From an uncultured Alistipes sp. (lineage in GTDB: Bacteria > Bacteroidota > Bacteroidia > Bacteroidales > Rikenellaceae), in NCBI GenBank assembly GCA_947623305.1, contig CANQGQ010000008.1:13434-77433 (forward strand): a DNA stretch of 64,000 nucleotides, written 5' to 3'. The notes beneath the pieces are model-generated. The model worked only from the letters and a program-made list of their open reading frames with translations, ran no database searches and was not told the origin of the DNA. Position 1 is the first letter of the stretch; every line of letters starts with the position of its first letter. This document shows, piece after piece, positions 46,922 to 56,778 of this stretch. Both the position numbers and the translations under genes were made by a program.

Positions 46922-49060
46922 ATGAAACGGAGATTTTCGATAGGGGCGATCGGGTGGTTGGCTGTCGCATTAGCTCCGACGGGCGTTTCGGCTCAAAACG
47001 AGTTCGCCGAAATCGAGCGGTTGCAGCAGTTGAACGCTCATATCAGCGGCATCCGGTCGATGGCCGACGGGGAGCATTATACCTTGTTGACCGACGAGGG
47101 GATTTTGCGTTACCGTTACGACCGCGATGCGGCTGGCGAGCAGCTTTTGCCGGCAGGGGCTCCGAAAGTCGACGATTATGCCTTTTCGCCCGACGGAGAG
47201 CGGATTTTGCTTGCTTCGGGGCGGACGCCGATTTATCGGCATTCCTATACGACGACCTATTATCTCGTGCAGGACGGCAAGGTCGTTCCGGCTTTGCCCG
47301 ACGCCCAAAAGCCGCGCGACGCTTCGTTTTCGCCCGATGGTCGGATGATCGCCTACTCCGACCGCAACGACCTTTACGTTTGCGATTTGGAACGGCAATC
47401 CACCCGTCGCATCACCGACGACGGCGAATGGAACGCTGTGATTAACGGGACGACCGATTGGGTCTACGAGGAGGAGTTCGGCCTTACGCGGGCTTACGCC
47501 TTTTCGCCCGACAGCCGACGGTTGGCCTATCTGCGGTTCGACGAGCGCGAGGTACCGATGATGGAGCTGATGCGTTACGACGGCAAGTTGTACAATCAAG
47601 CCTTTTCGTTCAAATATCCCAAGGCGGGCGAACGCAATTCGACGGTCGAGTTGTGGGTTTGCGACCTCGCTACGGGGCAGCGCGAACGCATCGACACAGG
47701 TGCTGAGACGGATCAGTATATACCGCGCATCGGCTTCACGCCCGACGGACGGTTATGGTTCTATCGGCTCAACCGGCGTCAGAACCGCTTCGAAATGATC
47801 GTCTGCGAGCCGCACGGCGCCCAGCGCACGGCCTATTCCGAGGGGGCGCAGCAGTATGTCGAACGGGTCGACGCTGAGACGATTACGTTCGTCGACAACG
47901 ATCGGTTCATCGTGCGCCAGGAGGGGCATACGGGCTACATGCACCTCTATCTGTACAGCATCCGCCGCGGCCCGCTCGCCCAGTTGACCAAGGGCCCGTG
48001 GGAGGTAACCGATGTCGTCGGTACCGACGGCAAACGGGTTTGGTTCCTTTCGACCGAGACGTCGCCGTTGCGTCGGAATCTTTATTGCGTGGGGTTGGAC
48101 GGCAGGGGCAAACGCCGCCTTACCGCTGACGAAGGTTTCTATTCGGCGGTCGGAAGCGCCGGCATGAAATATCTGCTCACGACCTTTTCCAATGCCCGAA
48201 CCCCCAATCGGATTACCATCTGCAAGGGTACGGGCGAACCGGTCCGTACGTTGGCCGACAGCCGCGAACTCGTTGCGGAGTTGGCCGCCTCGCAGCGTCC
48301 CGTCAAAGAGTTCTTCACTTTTGCGACCGAGCGCGGCGATACGCTGAACGCTTATATGATTCGGCCGCGCAACTTCGACCCGTCGAAACGTTATCCCGTC
48401 TTGTTGACGCAGTATTCCGGCCCCGGGTCGCAGTCCGTGCAGGACAAATGGTCGTTGGATTGGGAGGATGCTCTGGTCGACAAGGGGTATATCGTCGTGT
48501 GCGCCGACGGTCGCGGAACGGGATTCCGCGGCGAAGCGTTCAAGAAATCGACTTATGGGCGGATGGGGGCCTTGGAGACCGAAGATCAGTTGTCGTTCGC
48601 GCGTTACATGGCGGCGCAGCCTTATGTCGATCCCGAACGGATCGGCATCTACGGTTGGTCTTACGGCGGATTCATGGCATTGAGTTGTGCGCTGAAGGGA
48701 CACGGATTGTTCCGGATGGCGATTGCTGTGGCCCCCGTTACTTCGTGGCGGTTCTACGATACGATCTATACCGAAATCTATAACGGTTTGCCGCAGTACA
48801 ATGCTGCCGGTTACGACGACTATTCGCCGCTCAACTTCGCGCGGATGTTCGACGACCGGAAGACGCGGTTGTTGTTGATTCACGGCACGGCGGACGATAA
48901 CGTCCATTTCCAGCATACGGCCGAGATGGCCCGCGCGCTCAATCGTTGCGGCAAACGCTACGACATGATGGTCTATCCCGACCAGAATCATTCGATGCGT
49001 CCCGACGCGATGCAGGCCGTGCGGCAGAAGATGATTGATTACACGTTGGAGCACCTTTGA
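46922..49060 (+). CDS. S9B dipeptidyl peptidase IV
   Basis: DWVYEEEF, GWSYGG, HGTADDNVH, YPDQNH; signal peptide. Confidence 0.95.
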   Translation: MKRRFSIGAIGWLAVALAPTGVSAQNEFAEIERLQQLNAHISGIRSMADGEHYTLLTDEGILRYRYDRDAAGEQLLPAGAPKVDDYAFSPDGERILLASGRTPIYRHSYTTTYYLVQDGKVVPALPDAQKPRDASFSPDGRMIAYSDRNDLYVCDLERQSTRRITDDGEWNAVINGTTDWVYEEEFGLTRAYAFSPDSRRLAYLRFDEREVPMMELMRYDGKLYNQAFSFKYPKAGERNSTVELWVCDLATGQRERIDTGAETDQYIPRIGFTPDGRLWFYRLNRRQNRFEMIVCEPHGAQRTAYSEGAQQYVERVDAETITFVDNDRFIVRQEGHTGYMHLYLYSIRRGPLAQLTKGPWEVTDVVGTDGKRVWFLSTETSPLRRNLYCVGLDGRGKRRLTADEGFYSAVGSAGMKYLLTTFSNARTPNRITICKGTGEPVRTLADSRELVAELAASQRPVKEFFTFATERGDTLNAYMIRPRNFDPSKRYPVLLTQYSGPGSQSVQDKWSLDWEDALVDKGYIVVCADGRGTGFRGEAFKKSTYGRMGALETEDQLSFARYMAAQPYVDPERIGIYGWSYGGFMALSCALKGHGLFRMAIAVAPVTSWRFYDTIYTEIYNGLPQYNAAGYDDYSPLNFARMFDDRKTRLLLIHGTADDNVHFQHTAEMARALNRCGKRYDMMVYPDQNHSMRPDAMQAVRQKMIDYTLEHL

Positions 49061-49063
49061 GCG

Positions 49064-49567
49064 ATGACCTATTCTTGCCGTATCGACTCGCTCGTCGGCC
49101 CGTTGACCGTCGTTTCCGATGAATCGGCCGTTACGGCCATCCATTTTGGCGATCGGGTTCCGGACGATGCCGCTTTAACCGAGCCGACCGATTGCGCTGG
49201 GTCGGAGGTGTTGCGGCAGGCAGTGCGCGAACTGGCCGAATTTTTCGCCGGTGAGCGCCGGAACTTCACCGTGCCGCTCGCACCGGTCGGCACGCCGTTC
49301 CAGCAGCAGGTTTGGCGGGCATTGCAGACCATTTCTTACGGTGCGACATGCAGTTATCGGGACATCGCCCGCCTCATCGGGCGGCCTGCGGCCTGTCGGG
49401 CCGTCGGCATGGCCAATCATTGCAATCCCATTCCGATCATCATTCCGTGCCATCGGGTCGTCGGGGCCGACGGACGTTTGACCGGTTATGCCGGTGGTTT
49501 GACAATTAAATCAAAGTTGTTGCAGTTCGAACGGGAAAATTGCGGCGAATCCTTGTTGCCCTTTTAG
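49064..49567 (+). CDS. ogt: Methylated-DNA--protein-cysteine methyltransferase
   Basis: GTPFQQQVW, RAVG, IPCHRVVG. Confidence 0.95.
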   Translation: MTYSCRIDSLVGPLTVVSDESAVTAIHFGDRVPDDAALTEPTDCAGSEVLRQAVRELAEFFAGERRNFTVPLAPVGTPFQQQVWRALQTISYGATCSYRDIARLIGRPAACRAVGMANHCNPIPIIIPCHRVVGADGRLTGYAGGLTIKSKLLQFERENCGESLLPF

Positions 49568-49673
49568 AACGTTTTTTCGTTTGCGGTTCCTTGGGAGCCG
49601 CGCGAGCCGCAGCCTCGGCGTGCGGAGGCTTGCTGTGTTTGCTCCGCTGGCTGCTTTCCGCGATTTTATAGAA

Positions 49674-51329
49674 TTAGTTCCATTTCTCTCGCCCTAACAG
49701 AATCCGGGCCTGTGCCAACGCTGCATCGGTGATGCGGCTGCCCGAAAGCATCTTGGCGATTTCCTCGATGCGCCCTTCTTCGGTCAGACGGGTAAGATCG
49801 GTGTGCCCTTCGTGCTTGTAGACCACGAAATGGGCCGCGCCTTTTGAGGCGACCTGCGGCAGATGCGTGATGTCGACCACCTGCATCGTCTTTGAGAGCC
49901 GGACGATGATTTCGCCCATCGCATCGGCGATGCGTCCCGAAACGCCTGTGTCGATCTCGTCGAACAGAATGGTCGGTAGTTGCATCCGTTCGGCCAGCAG
50001 GGCTTTGATCGAAAGCATCACGCGCGACAATTCACCGCCCGAGGCGATCCGTTCCACCGGTTGCGGTTCCCGATTTTTGTTTGCCGTAAAGAGAAATGCC
50101 ACCGCGTCGTTGCCTGTGCGTCCCAACGTCTCGCTCTGGGTCAGTTCCACTCGGAAAATCGTGTCGGGCATGCCCAACTGACCGAGGGTTTCGAGGATAC
50201 GGCCGGCAAACTTCGGGGCCTGTTCGGCGCGGGCATCGTGTAGCTGCTTCGCCAGCGTTTGCGCCTCTTTTTCGGTCGTTTGCAGCTCTTTTTCGGCTGC
50301 GGCGATCGCTTCGTCGCTGTGGGCGATCGCCGATAACCGGGCGGCATAATCGTCGCGGATAGCGATCAACGCCGCTTCGTCCGCTGCGCGGTGCTTTTGT
50401 TGCAGCGAAAGCAACAAATCCAGTCGGTTGGTGAGTTTTTGCAGCCGTTCGGGATCGGCGTCGATGCGTTGCCCGTCGGCCGTAACCGAAGCGTCGATGT
50501 CTTTCAACTCTTCGACGACGGCATGCAGCCGGCCGGCATAGTCCGCCGCGGCCGGGTAATTGGCCCCGAGACGGGCGAGTTCATTTTCGGAGTTGCGCAA
50601 GAGCGTCAGGATGCCTACCTCATCGGCTTCTAATGCGTTCCGCAAATGAATAAATGTTTCGCCGATGCGGTCGGCATGTTCCAGTACCGCTAATTCCGCT
50701 TCGATTTCGGCCTGTTCGTCCGCCCGCAGCGTGGCGGCCGTGAGTTCTTCGCTTTGATAGCGGAGCCACTCTTCGTCGCGGCGGCTTGCTTCGGCGGTTT
50801 CGCGCAGCGCGGCGACCTTTCGTCGCAATTCCTGCATGCGGGTGTAGGCCGCAGCGTAGCGGGGGAGCAGGGCGCTGTTCCCGGCCATCGTGTCGAGCGC
50901 CGAAGTGCGGAATTCTTCCGACGAAAGAATCAGATTTTGATGTTGCGAATGGATGTCGACCAACCGTGTGCCCAATTCGCGCAGCTGCTGCAACTGCACC
51001 GGCAGATCGTTCACGAAAGCACGGCTCTTGCCTGCGGGCGTGATGATGCGCGTGAGGGTCGTCTCGGCGGCATAGTCCAGATCGTTTTCCTCGAAAAACG
51101 GCTCCAGCCCGAGGCCCGTCAAATCGAATACCCCTTCGACCCGACAGTTGCGGGCCGTGTCTTTCATGGCCGAACCGTCGTTCTTCGCGCCGAGCAGCAG
51201 CCCGAGCGCGCCGAGCAGAATCGACTTCCCCGCACCCGTTTCACCCGTGATGATGTTCAGATGCGCGTCCAGCTCCAACTGAAGCCGGTCGATCAGCGCG
51301 TAGTTTTCGACTGTGAGGCGGCGTAACAT
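49674..51329 (-). CDS. recN: DNA repair protein RecN
   Basis: TGETGAGKS, ASGGELSR, FDEIDTGVSG, ITHLPQVA. Confidence 0.97.
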   Translation of the reverse strand: MLRRLTVENYALIDRLQLELDAHLNIITGETGAGKSILLGALGLLLGAKNDGSAMKDTARNCRVEGVFDLTGLGLEPFFEENDLDYAAETTLTRIITPAGKSRAFVNDLPVQLQQLRELGTRLVDIHSQHQNLILSSEEFRTSALDTMAGNSALLPRYAAAYTRMQELRRKVAALRETAEASRRDEEWLRYQSEELTAATLRADEQAEIEAELAVLEHADRIGETFIHLRNALEADEVGILTLLRNSENELARLGANYPAAADYAGRLHAVVEELKDIDASVTADGQRIDADPERLQKLTNRLDLLLSLQQKHRAADEAALIAIRDDYAARLSAIAHSDEAIAAAEKELQTTEKEAQTLAKQLHDARAEQAPKFAGRILETLGQLGMPDTIFRVELTQSETLGRTGNDAVAFLFTANKNREPQPVERIASGGELSRVMLSIKALLAERMQLPTILFDEIDTGVSGRIADAMGEIIVRLSKTMQVVDITHLPQVASKGAAHFVVYKHEGHTDLTRLTEEGRIEEIAKMLSGSRITDAALAQARILLGREKWN

Positions 51330-52546
51330 GCCCGTAGATGGTTTTCGATTTTATCGGCGATGCGGCTCGCGACCTCCGTTTTGCTCATTAGCGGGAGCTC
51401 TTCGCGGCCCGAGCGGTCGATGAAACTGACTTTGTTCGTGTCGACGCGGAATCCCGCGCCCGCGTCCCGCAACGAGTTCAGCACGATGAAGTCGAGGTTT
51501 TTTTTGTGCAGTTTGGCCTCGGCATGGGCTTGTTCATCGTGCGTTTCCAAGGCGAATCCGACCAGCAGCCGGTCGCCCTTGTCGGCGCCCAATGCGGCCG
51601 CAATGTCGCGGGTGCGTTTCAACGTGAGGGTCATCTCGCCGTCGCCTTTTTGCAGTTTCCGATCGGCGACTTCGGCGGGGGTGTAGTCTGCCACGGCGGC
51701 ACATAGGACGGCCCCGTCGGCCTGTTTGAAAGCCTCGACTGCAGCATCGTACATTTCGGCGGCAGACAACACATCGACCCGTTCGACACCGGACGGAACG
51801 TCGAGCGACGTGCGGCCGCTGACCAATGTTACCGCGGCTCCGCGTCGGGCCAGCTCTCCGGCGATGGCATAACCCATCTTGCCCGACGAGTGATTCGAAA
51901 GGAATCGCACGGGGTCGATCGCCTCGATGGTGGCGCCGGCCGTTACGACGAAGCGTTTACCTTGCAGCGTCTTTTTTTTTTCGGTGAGCAGTTCGCCGAC
52001 GAATGCGGCGATCGTTTCGGGTTCGGCCATCCGTCCCTTGCCATGCAGTCCGCTCGCCAACTCGCCTTCGGCCGGTTCGACGATGCGGACATTGCGTTCA
52101 GCGAGCGTCCGCAGGTTTTGTTGCGTAGCGGCGTGCGCATACATGTCCAAATCCATCGCCGGAGCGACGACGACCGGACAGCGGGCCGATAGATAGGTCG
52201 TCAACAACAGATTGTCGGCGATGCCGGCAGCCATCTTGGCCAGCGTGTTGGCCGTGGCGGGAGCGATCAGGTAGCAATCGGCCCATTCGCCCAGCGAAAC
52301 GTGCGAATGCCAGGCACCGTTTTCGGGATCGAAGAACTCGACCCGAATCGGATGTTTCGACAGCGTGGCCATCGTCAGCGGCGTGATGAACTGTTTGGCG
52401 AGCGGTGTCATCACCACCTGCACCTCGGCACCCGCCGTAACCAACAGCCGGCACAGTTGTGCGGCCTTGTATGCGGCGATGCTTCCGGTAACGCCCAACA
52501 GAATGCGACGCCCTTTCAGACTGACAGCCGACTCGTTCTGTCCCAT
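51293..52546 (-). CDS. coaBC: Bifunctional phosphopantothenoylcysteine decarboxylase/synthetase
   Basis: GVTGSIAAYK, APATAN, PAMD, GKGRMAEP, VRFLSNHSSGKMG, AAVADY, VGFALET. Confidence 0.96.
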   Translation of the reverse strand: MGQNESAVSLKGRRILLGVTGSIAAYKAAQLCRLLVTAGAEVQVVMTPLAKQFITPLTMATLSKHPIRVEFFDPENGAWHSHVSLGEWADCYLIAPATANTLAKMAAGIADNLLLTTYLSARCPVVVAPAMDLDMYAHAATQQNLRTLAERNVRIVEPAEGELASGLHGKGRMAEPETIAAFVGELLTEKKKTLQGKRFVVTAGATIEAIDPVRFLSNHSSGKMGYAIAGELARRGAAVTLVSGRTSLDVPSGVERVDVLSAAEMYDAAVEAFKQADGAVLCAAVADYTPAEVADRKLQKGDGEMTLTLKRTRDIAAALGADKGDRLLVGFALETHDEQAHAEAKLHKKNLDFIVLNSLRDAGAGFRVDTNKVSFIDRSGREELPLMSKTEVASRIADKIENHLRACYAASQSKTTR

Positions 52547-52586
52547 ATCCGTACGATGCGGAGTTCGTTACTTTTTCGGGGATGCG

Positions 52587-52916
52587 TTACTCCTTCTTGG
52601 CGGGTTCAGCCATCCGGTATTGCAATTCGTGGTCGAGGAACTCCTCGGTCGCGATGATGGTCGGTTTGGGCAGCCGTTCGTAGTAGCGCGAAATTTCGAT
52701 CTGCTCGCGGTTTTCGAAAGTCTCCTCCATCGACGTGTCGGTCGGCGACGAAAAATCGGCCAGTTTACGATTGAGTTCGGTTTTCAACTCCGTGGAGATC
52801 TGGTTGGCCCGACGGGCGAGGATGTTGACCGTTTCGTAAATGTTGCCCGTCTCGCGGTCCAGGTCCACGAGCTTGCGCGTAATGGTGTTGTTCGGAATGT
52901 TTTTCTTGATTTCCAT
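52587..52916 (-). CDS. rpoZ: RNA polymerase omega subunit (Bacteroidota type)
   Basis: TGNIYE...RRANQI, ENREQIEISRYYERLPKP; conserved position between bamD and coaBC. Confidence 0.85.
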   Translation of the reverse strand: MEIKKNIPNNTITRKLVDLDRETGNIYETVNILARRANQISTELKTELNRKLADFSSPTDTSMEETFENREQIEISRYYERLPKPTIIATEEFLDHELQYRMAEPAKKE

Positions 52917-52924
52917 CGTATCTA

Positions 52925-53743
52925 TCAGCTATTGTTATCGGATTTGTTGCGTGCGAGGTAGTCGCGGGCATGTTTGGCCATCCGTTCGACCTCCTTGATG
53001 TACTTCGATTCGGGATAGGCCTCCTTGAACGACAGATAGGAGTCGAGCATGGAGAGGTAGCGGTCGGTCTGCTTTTCGGCGACGGAGTTGCTGGCCAGCC
53101 GGTATCCAGCGTCCACGATGAGGAACATGATCTCCTCGCGGTATTTGCTTTCGGGGTAGAGTTTCAGCGCATTTTTCAACGCCACGATTGCCGACTTGTA
53201 ACGCCCGATTTTATAATACGTATAGGCATTCAGATAGGCTTTCTCATGCAGGCGTTCGGTCAGCTCCGCATTGATTCTTTCGAACTCCTCGATGCGGTCG
53301 CTGTTGGGGTAGTGCGACATGAATTCGTTGATGGCGACCAATGCCTGCCCCGTTCTCGTCTGGTCGCGCGTAGGGCCCGGAGCGAGGAAATAGTGGCAGA
53401 GCGCATACATGCCTTCGGCATCTTCGATGAAAGCACTGCGGCCGAATTTGCGGCGGAATTCGTCCAGCAGGGTGGCCGCCGTGTCGTAATCGCGGTTCTT
53501 GAATTTGCAACGGGCGTTGTAGAACGAGATCGTATCTTCGCGCGAAGTACCGTGATAGTAGCGTTCCGCCCCCTCGAAGAGGGTCGAGGCGCGCGACCAC
53601 TTCTCTTTTTCGTAGTATTCGAGGGCTTTCGCGTAAATCTGATCGGGTTTGCCGGATTTCAGTACCTGATTGATACCGGCGCAGCCGTTCAACAGGGCTA
53701 CGAACAAGGCTCCATACAAAAGATGTGGAAAGAATGATTTCAT
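52925..53743 (-). CDS. bamD: Outer membrane protein assembly factor BamD
   Basis: Lipobox LNGC, TPR helices, RDQTRT, AYTYYKIGRYKSA. Confidence 0.92.
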   Translation of the reverse strand: MKSFFPHLLYGALFVALLNGCAGINQVLKSGKPDQIYAKALEYYEKEKWSRASTLFEGAERYYHGTSREDTISFYNARCKFKNRDYDTAATLLDEFRRKFGRSAFIEDAEGMYALCHYFLAPGPTRDQTRTGQALVAINEFMSHYPNSDRIEEFERINAELTERLHEKAYLNAYTYYKIGRYKSAIVALKNALKLYPESKYREEIMFLIVDAGYRLASNSVAEKQTDRYLSMLDSYLSFKEAYPESKYIKEVERMAKHARDYLARNKSDNNS

Positions 53744-53771
53744 CGCGGTCTCGTTTACGGCGCTTATCGTG

Positions 53772-53803
53772 CAAAGGTATGCATAAATTATGCGATTTCC
53801 AAA
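53772..53803 (-). promoter_or_regulatory. bamD operon promoter
   Basis: Minus strand TTTG (53803-53800), 20-nt spacer, TACCTTTG (53779-53772). Confidence 0.7.
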
Positions 53804-53804
53804 A

Positions 53805-53913
53805 TTTTTATTAGCGCGATAGACCCTTAATACGGGTCGGTAGGCTTTCTGCGCTTCCCAATCCGTATTAAGGGCCTATCGCGCTAATAAGAGAGTTATC
53901 GCGCTAATAAAAA
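53805..53913. repeat. Long inverted repeat with duplicated end (REP/MITE-like)
   Basis: 28-bp arms 53808-53835 and 53863-53890 with one mismatch. An extra TATCGCGCTAATAA copy sits at 53897-53910. Confidence 0.7.
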
Positions 53914-56766
53914 GTCGAAAGCAACGTCTAAATGCAATCCTTCGTCGCCGCTTTTGATGCGGATGTTCCCGGGTTGGCTGTTCGGGCCCTGTTGCTTGAT
54001 GGGCTTGAACGACTGAATGGCGGGAATATCCAGCAGGAACGAAAGATCGCCCTCCGGAAATGCCGGCATCGTCTTGCCGTTTCCTCCGACCGGCTCGCGC
54101 GGGGTGAACAGTCGCAGGTAAATCCCGTCGCTCAACGCATAGACCGTCAGCGGGGCAGTCGGGTTTTCGAGCGTCGCCCAATAGAGATTCCCGTGATAGC
54201 CTTTGAACTCCGGATAGACCAACTGTTCGAAATCCGCACCCGTCGCCGTATCGTTGTAGGCTTTGTGCCAGATGCCGTAGCGGGCGCCTGCCAGACGGTT
54301 TTTCCAGACGCGATAGGGGCCGCGGCCCAGCCAACGCATGCCCGTGCAGGCTGTCTCGGGATAGGAGAAGGTCAGCCCTAAATTGTAAACTTCGTTGTCC
54401 ATGAAGGCATCGTCGAACCCTTGGCCGCCCGATGCTCGGTTGAGCAGCAGGGCATTCATGTGAAGCAGACCGTCGTCGGTCAGCCGCCAGACGATCGAAT
54501 CGACGCCTCCGCTGTAGCGGGCGCAATAGACAGCTCCTTCCGGCGTGTTGCGGATGGTGCTTTTCGCCGGTTCGTAGCGCATCTTCATGCCGACTGCCAC
54601 GGGGCCGTTCGTGAGCGGAATCTCCGTGCTGTCGGGCTTGCGGATGCCGCACAGCATGCCGGTCGCCGCATCGAACGTAACGCGCAACCCATCGTTCGTC
54701 AGCTCGATTTTGCCGTCGTGCTGTTCCGCGCGGGCCGTTCCGGTCGGTTGGCCGGCCTTGTATTCGCGGGCGAAATAGGGTGCTGTCAGACGAATCGGAT
54801 AGCTCCATTCACAGATGCTTTGTCCGTCGGGCCCGAAAGCCTCCAGTTCCAGCAGATCGCCCTCGAAGAAGGTCTTAGGCAGTTCGAAATGGGCCGTGCG
54901 GGTCTCGCCCGGGGCGGCATTCGGAAGCATTACTTCGCCGCTGGCTACGATGGACGGATTCGCTTCGCCTTGCAGCGGCGACGGGGTACGAACTACGCGG
55001 TAGTTCATCCGGCAACGATCGAGGTCGGTGTAAATGTATTCGTTCGTTACGCGGAACGAGCCGTCGAAATGCGAGGTGATGGCGAACGGTCGGATTTGGA
55101 TCGGCGACCATTGTTCGCGGATGGCGTAGTAGCTGCCCTCTTTTTCGCGGCGCGGGCCGACGATGCCGTCCGGTGCGTTCGATCCGTCGGAATCGAGCTG
55201 GCCGCCGCGGTCGGTACGCATGGGGGCTTCGTCGCAGAAAGCCCAGATCATGCCGCCGGCGAAGTAGGGCGAGGTGCTCCAACGATCCCAGAAATCGCGC
55301 AGGCCGGCACCGCCTCCCTGGTCGTACAGGGCGTGCATGAACTCCGTCGGCAGGAAGACCTTGTAGCCGTTCGTCAGACGTCCGACGCCGGTCAGATAGG
55401 TCGGATAGTGGTGGGTGTCCAGCTCGTTGAAATCGGCCCACGGGTGGATGACATGCCGTTGCTGCAATGGGTCGTGTTCCGCGAAGAGTTTGTCCAGTTT
55501 CGTGTTCCAGCCGCCTTCGTTGCCGTTGCCCCAAAGGATGATGCAGGGGTGGTTGACATCGCGTTCGAGCATCTCGCACAGCAGCTTTTCACCGACTTGC
55601 GTGTCGTAGGCATCGTGCCAGCCGGCCAGTTCGTTCAGATAGAGCAACCCCAACGAATCGCACATATCCAAGAAATGTTCGTCGGGCGGATAGTGTGAGC
55701 GGACGGCATTCATGTTCATGCCGCGGATGAGTTCGGCATCCTGACGGCTCATTGCGGCACTGGTCGCTCGGCCTCCTTCGACCGAGAACGAGTGGCGGTT
55801 GACGCCCTTCACTACCAGCTTTTTGCCGTTCAGATAGAGCCCGTCTTGCGGGAAGAACTCCAGCGTGCGGAAGCCCGTGCGGACTTCGCGGGTCTGGACG
55901 ACCTTCCCCGCAGGGTCGCACAGCTCCAGCCGAACCGTATAGAGATGCGGCGTCTCCGGCGTCCAGGGCTGCACATCGGCCCAGCGGCTTTCCGCAAGGG
56001 TTACGCTCTCTTTCAGCGGCACGGTTACGCTCGCAGCGCCCGATGCGTCATGCAGCGGGGCGCCATCGGCCAAATCCTTGACTGACAGGCGTAGCGTATA
56101 GCCGTCGGCTGCTTCGGCCATTTCGATGCGGGTTCGCAGTGTTCCGTCTTGAAGACCGTCGAGCACGAAATGGCGCAGGTGCACTTCGGGCACGACCTCC
56201 AGCCACACGGGTCGGTAGATGCCTCCGAACAGCCACCAGTCGGCTTTGCGTTCGGCGGCGTTGACGGATTCGTTGGCCGAATGTTTCGCCACCTTGACCT
56301 CCAGCAGGTTGCGGCTTCCGAACCGGAGCAGCGGCGTGATGTCGTAGCCGAACCGATAGAATCCGCCCTGGTGGAGTTCGCCTGCGGACTGGCCGTTGAC
56401 GAACACTTCGGTATCGGTCATCACGCCGTCGAACCAAAGCTGTACACGTTGGCCGTTCCAGCGCTTCGGAACATCGAACCGATAGCGATAGGTGCCTTCT
56501 TCCTTGCTCGGTTGCGTGCCGCGCACCGTGTACCAGCGTCCGTAGGTGTAGTCGCCGAATCCTTGCAGCTCCCAGTTGCAGGGTACTTCGATTTTCTTCC
56601 AGGTTCCGCTGTTCTGGCCATCGGTGCAGCGGAACTCCCACGTCTTCGTGTCGTCGATGCCGGTGCCCGAAAGATAGATCCGTTCCGGATGCGGCGTTTG
56701 GGCTGCAACCATGCCGCAACCAGTGGCCAGAACGAGGCTCAGCAGCCCTTTGTCAAGCAATTTCAT
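53896..56766 (-). CDS. Glycoside hydrolase family 2 (beta-galactosidase/galacturonidase-like)
   Basis: VPCNWELQG, FDGVMTD, GGIYRPV, GVNRH, NAVRSHY, WGNGNEG, TEFMH; signal peptide. Confidence 0.9.
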   Translation of the reverse strand: MKLLDKGLLSLVLATGCGMVAAQTPHPERIYLSGTGIDDTKTWEFRCTDGQNSGTWKKIEVPCNWELQGFGDYTYGRWYTVRGTQPSKEEGTYRYRFDVPKRWNGQRVQLWFDGVMTDTEVFVNGQSAGELHQGGFYRFGYDITPLLRFGSRNLLEVKVAKHSANESVNAAERKADWWLFGGIYRPVWLEVVPEVHLRHFVLDGLQDGTLRTRIEMAEAADGYTLRLSVKDLADGAPLHDASGAASVTVPLKESVTLAESRWADVQPWTPETPHLYTVRLELCDPAGKVVQTREVRTGFRTLEFFPQDGLYLNGKKLVVKGVNRHSFSVEGGRATSAAMSRQDAELIRGMNMNAVRSHYPPDEHFLDMCDSLGLLYLNELAGWHDAYDTQVGEKLLCEMLERDVNHPCIILWGNGNEGGWNTKLDKLFAEHDPLQQRHVIHPWADFNELDTHHYPTYLTGVGRLTNGYKVFLPTEFMHALYDQGGGAGLRDFWDRWSTSPYFAGGMIWAFCDEAPMRTDRGGQLDSDGSNAPDGIVGPRREKEGSYYAIREQWSPIQIRPFAITSHFDGSFRVTNEYIYTDLDRCRMNYRVVRTPSPLQGEANPSIVASGEVMLPNAAPGETRTAHFELPKTFFEGDLLELEAFGPDGQSICEWSYPIRLTAPYFAREYKAGQPTGTARAEQHDGKIELTNDGLRVTFDAATGMLCGIRKPDSTEIPLTNGPVAVGMKMRYEPAKSTIRNTPEGAVYCARYSGGVDSIVWRLTDDGLLHMNALLLNRASGGQGFDDAFMDNEVYNLGLTFSYPETACTGMRWLGRGPYRVWKNRLAGARYGIWHKAYNDTATGADFEQLVYPEFKGYHGNLYWATLENPTAPLTVYALSDGIYLRLFTPREPVGGNGKTMPAFPEGDLSFLLDIPAIQSFKPIKQQGPNSQPGNIRIKSGDEGLHLDVAFDFLLAR

Positions 56767-56778
56767 AAAAAGCTGCGA

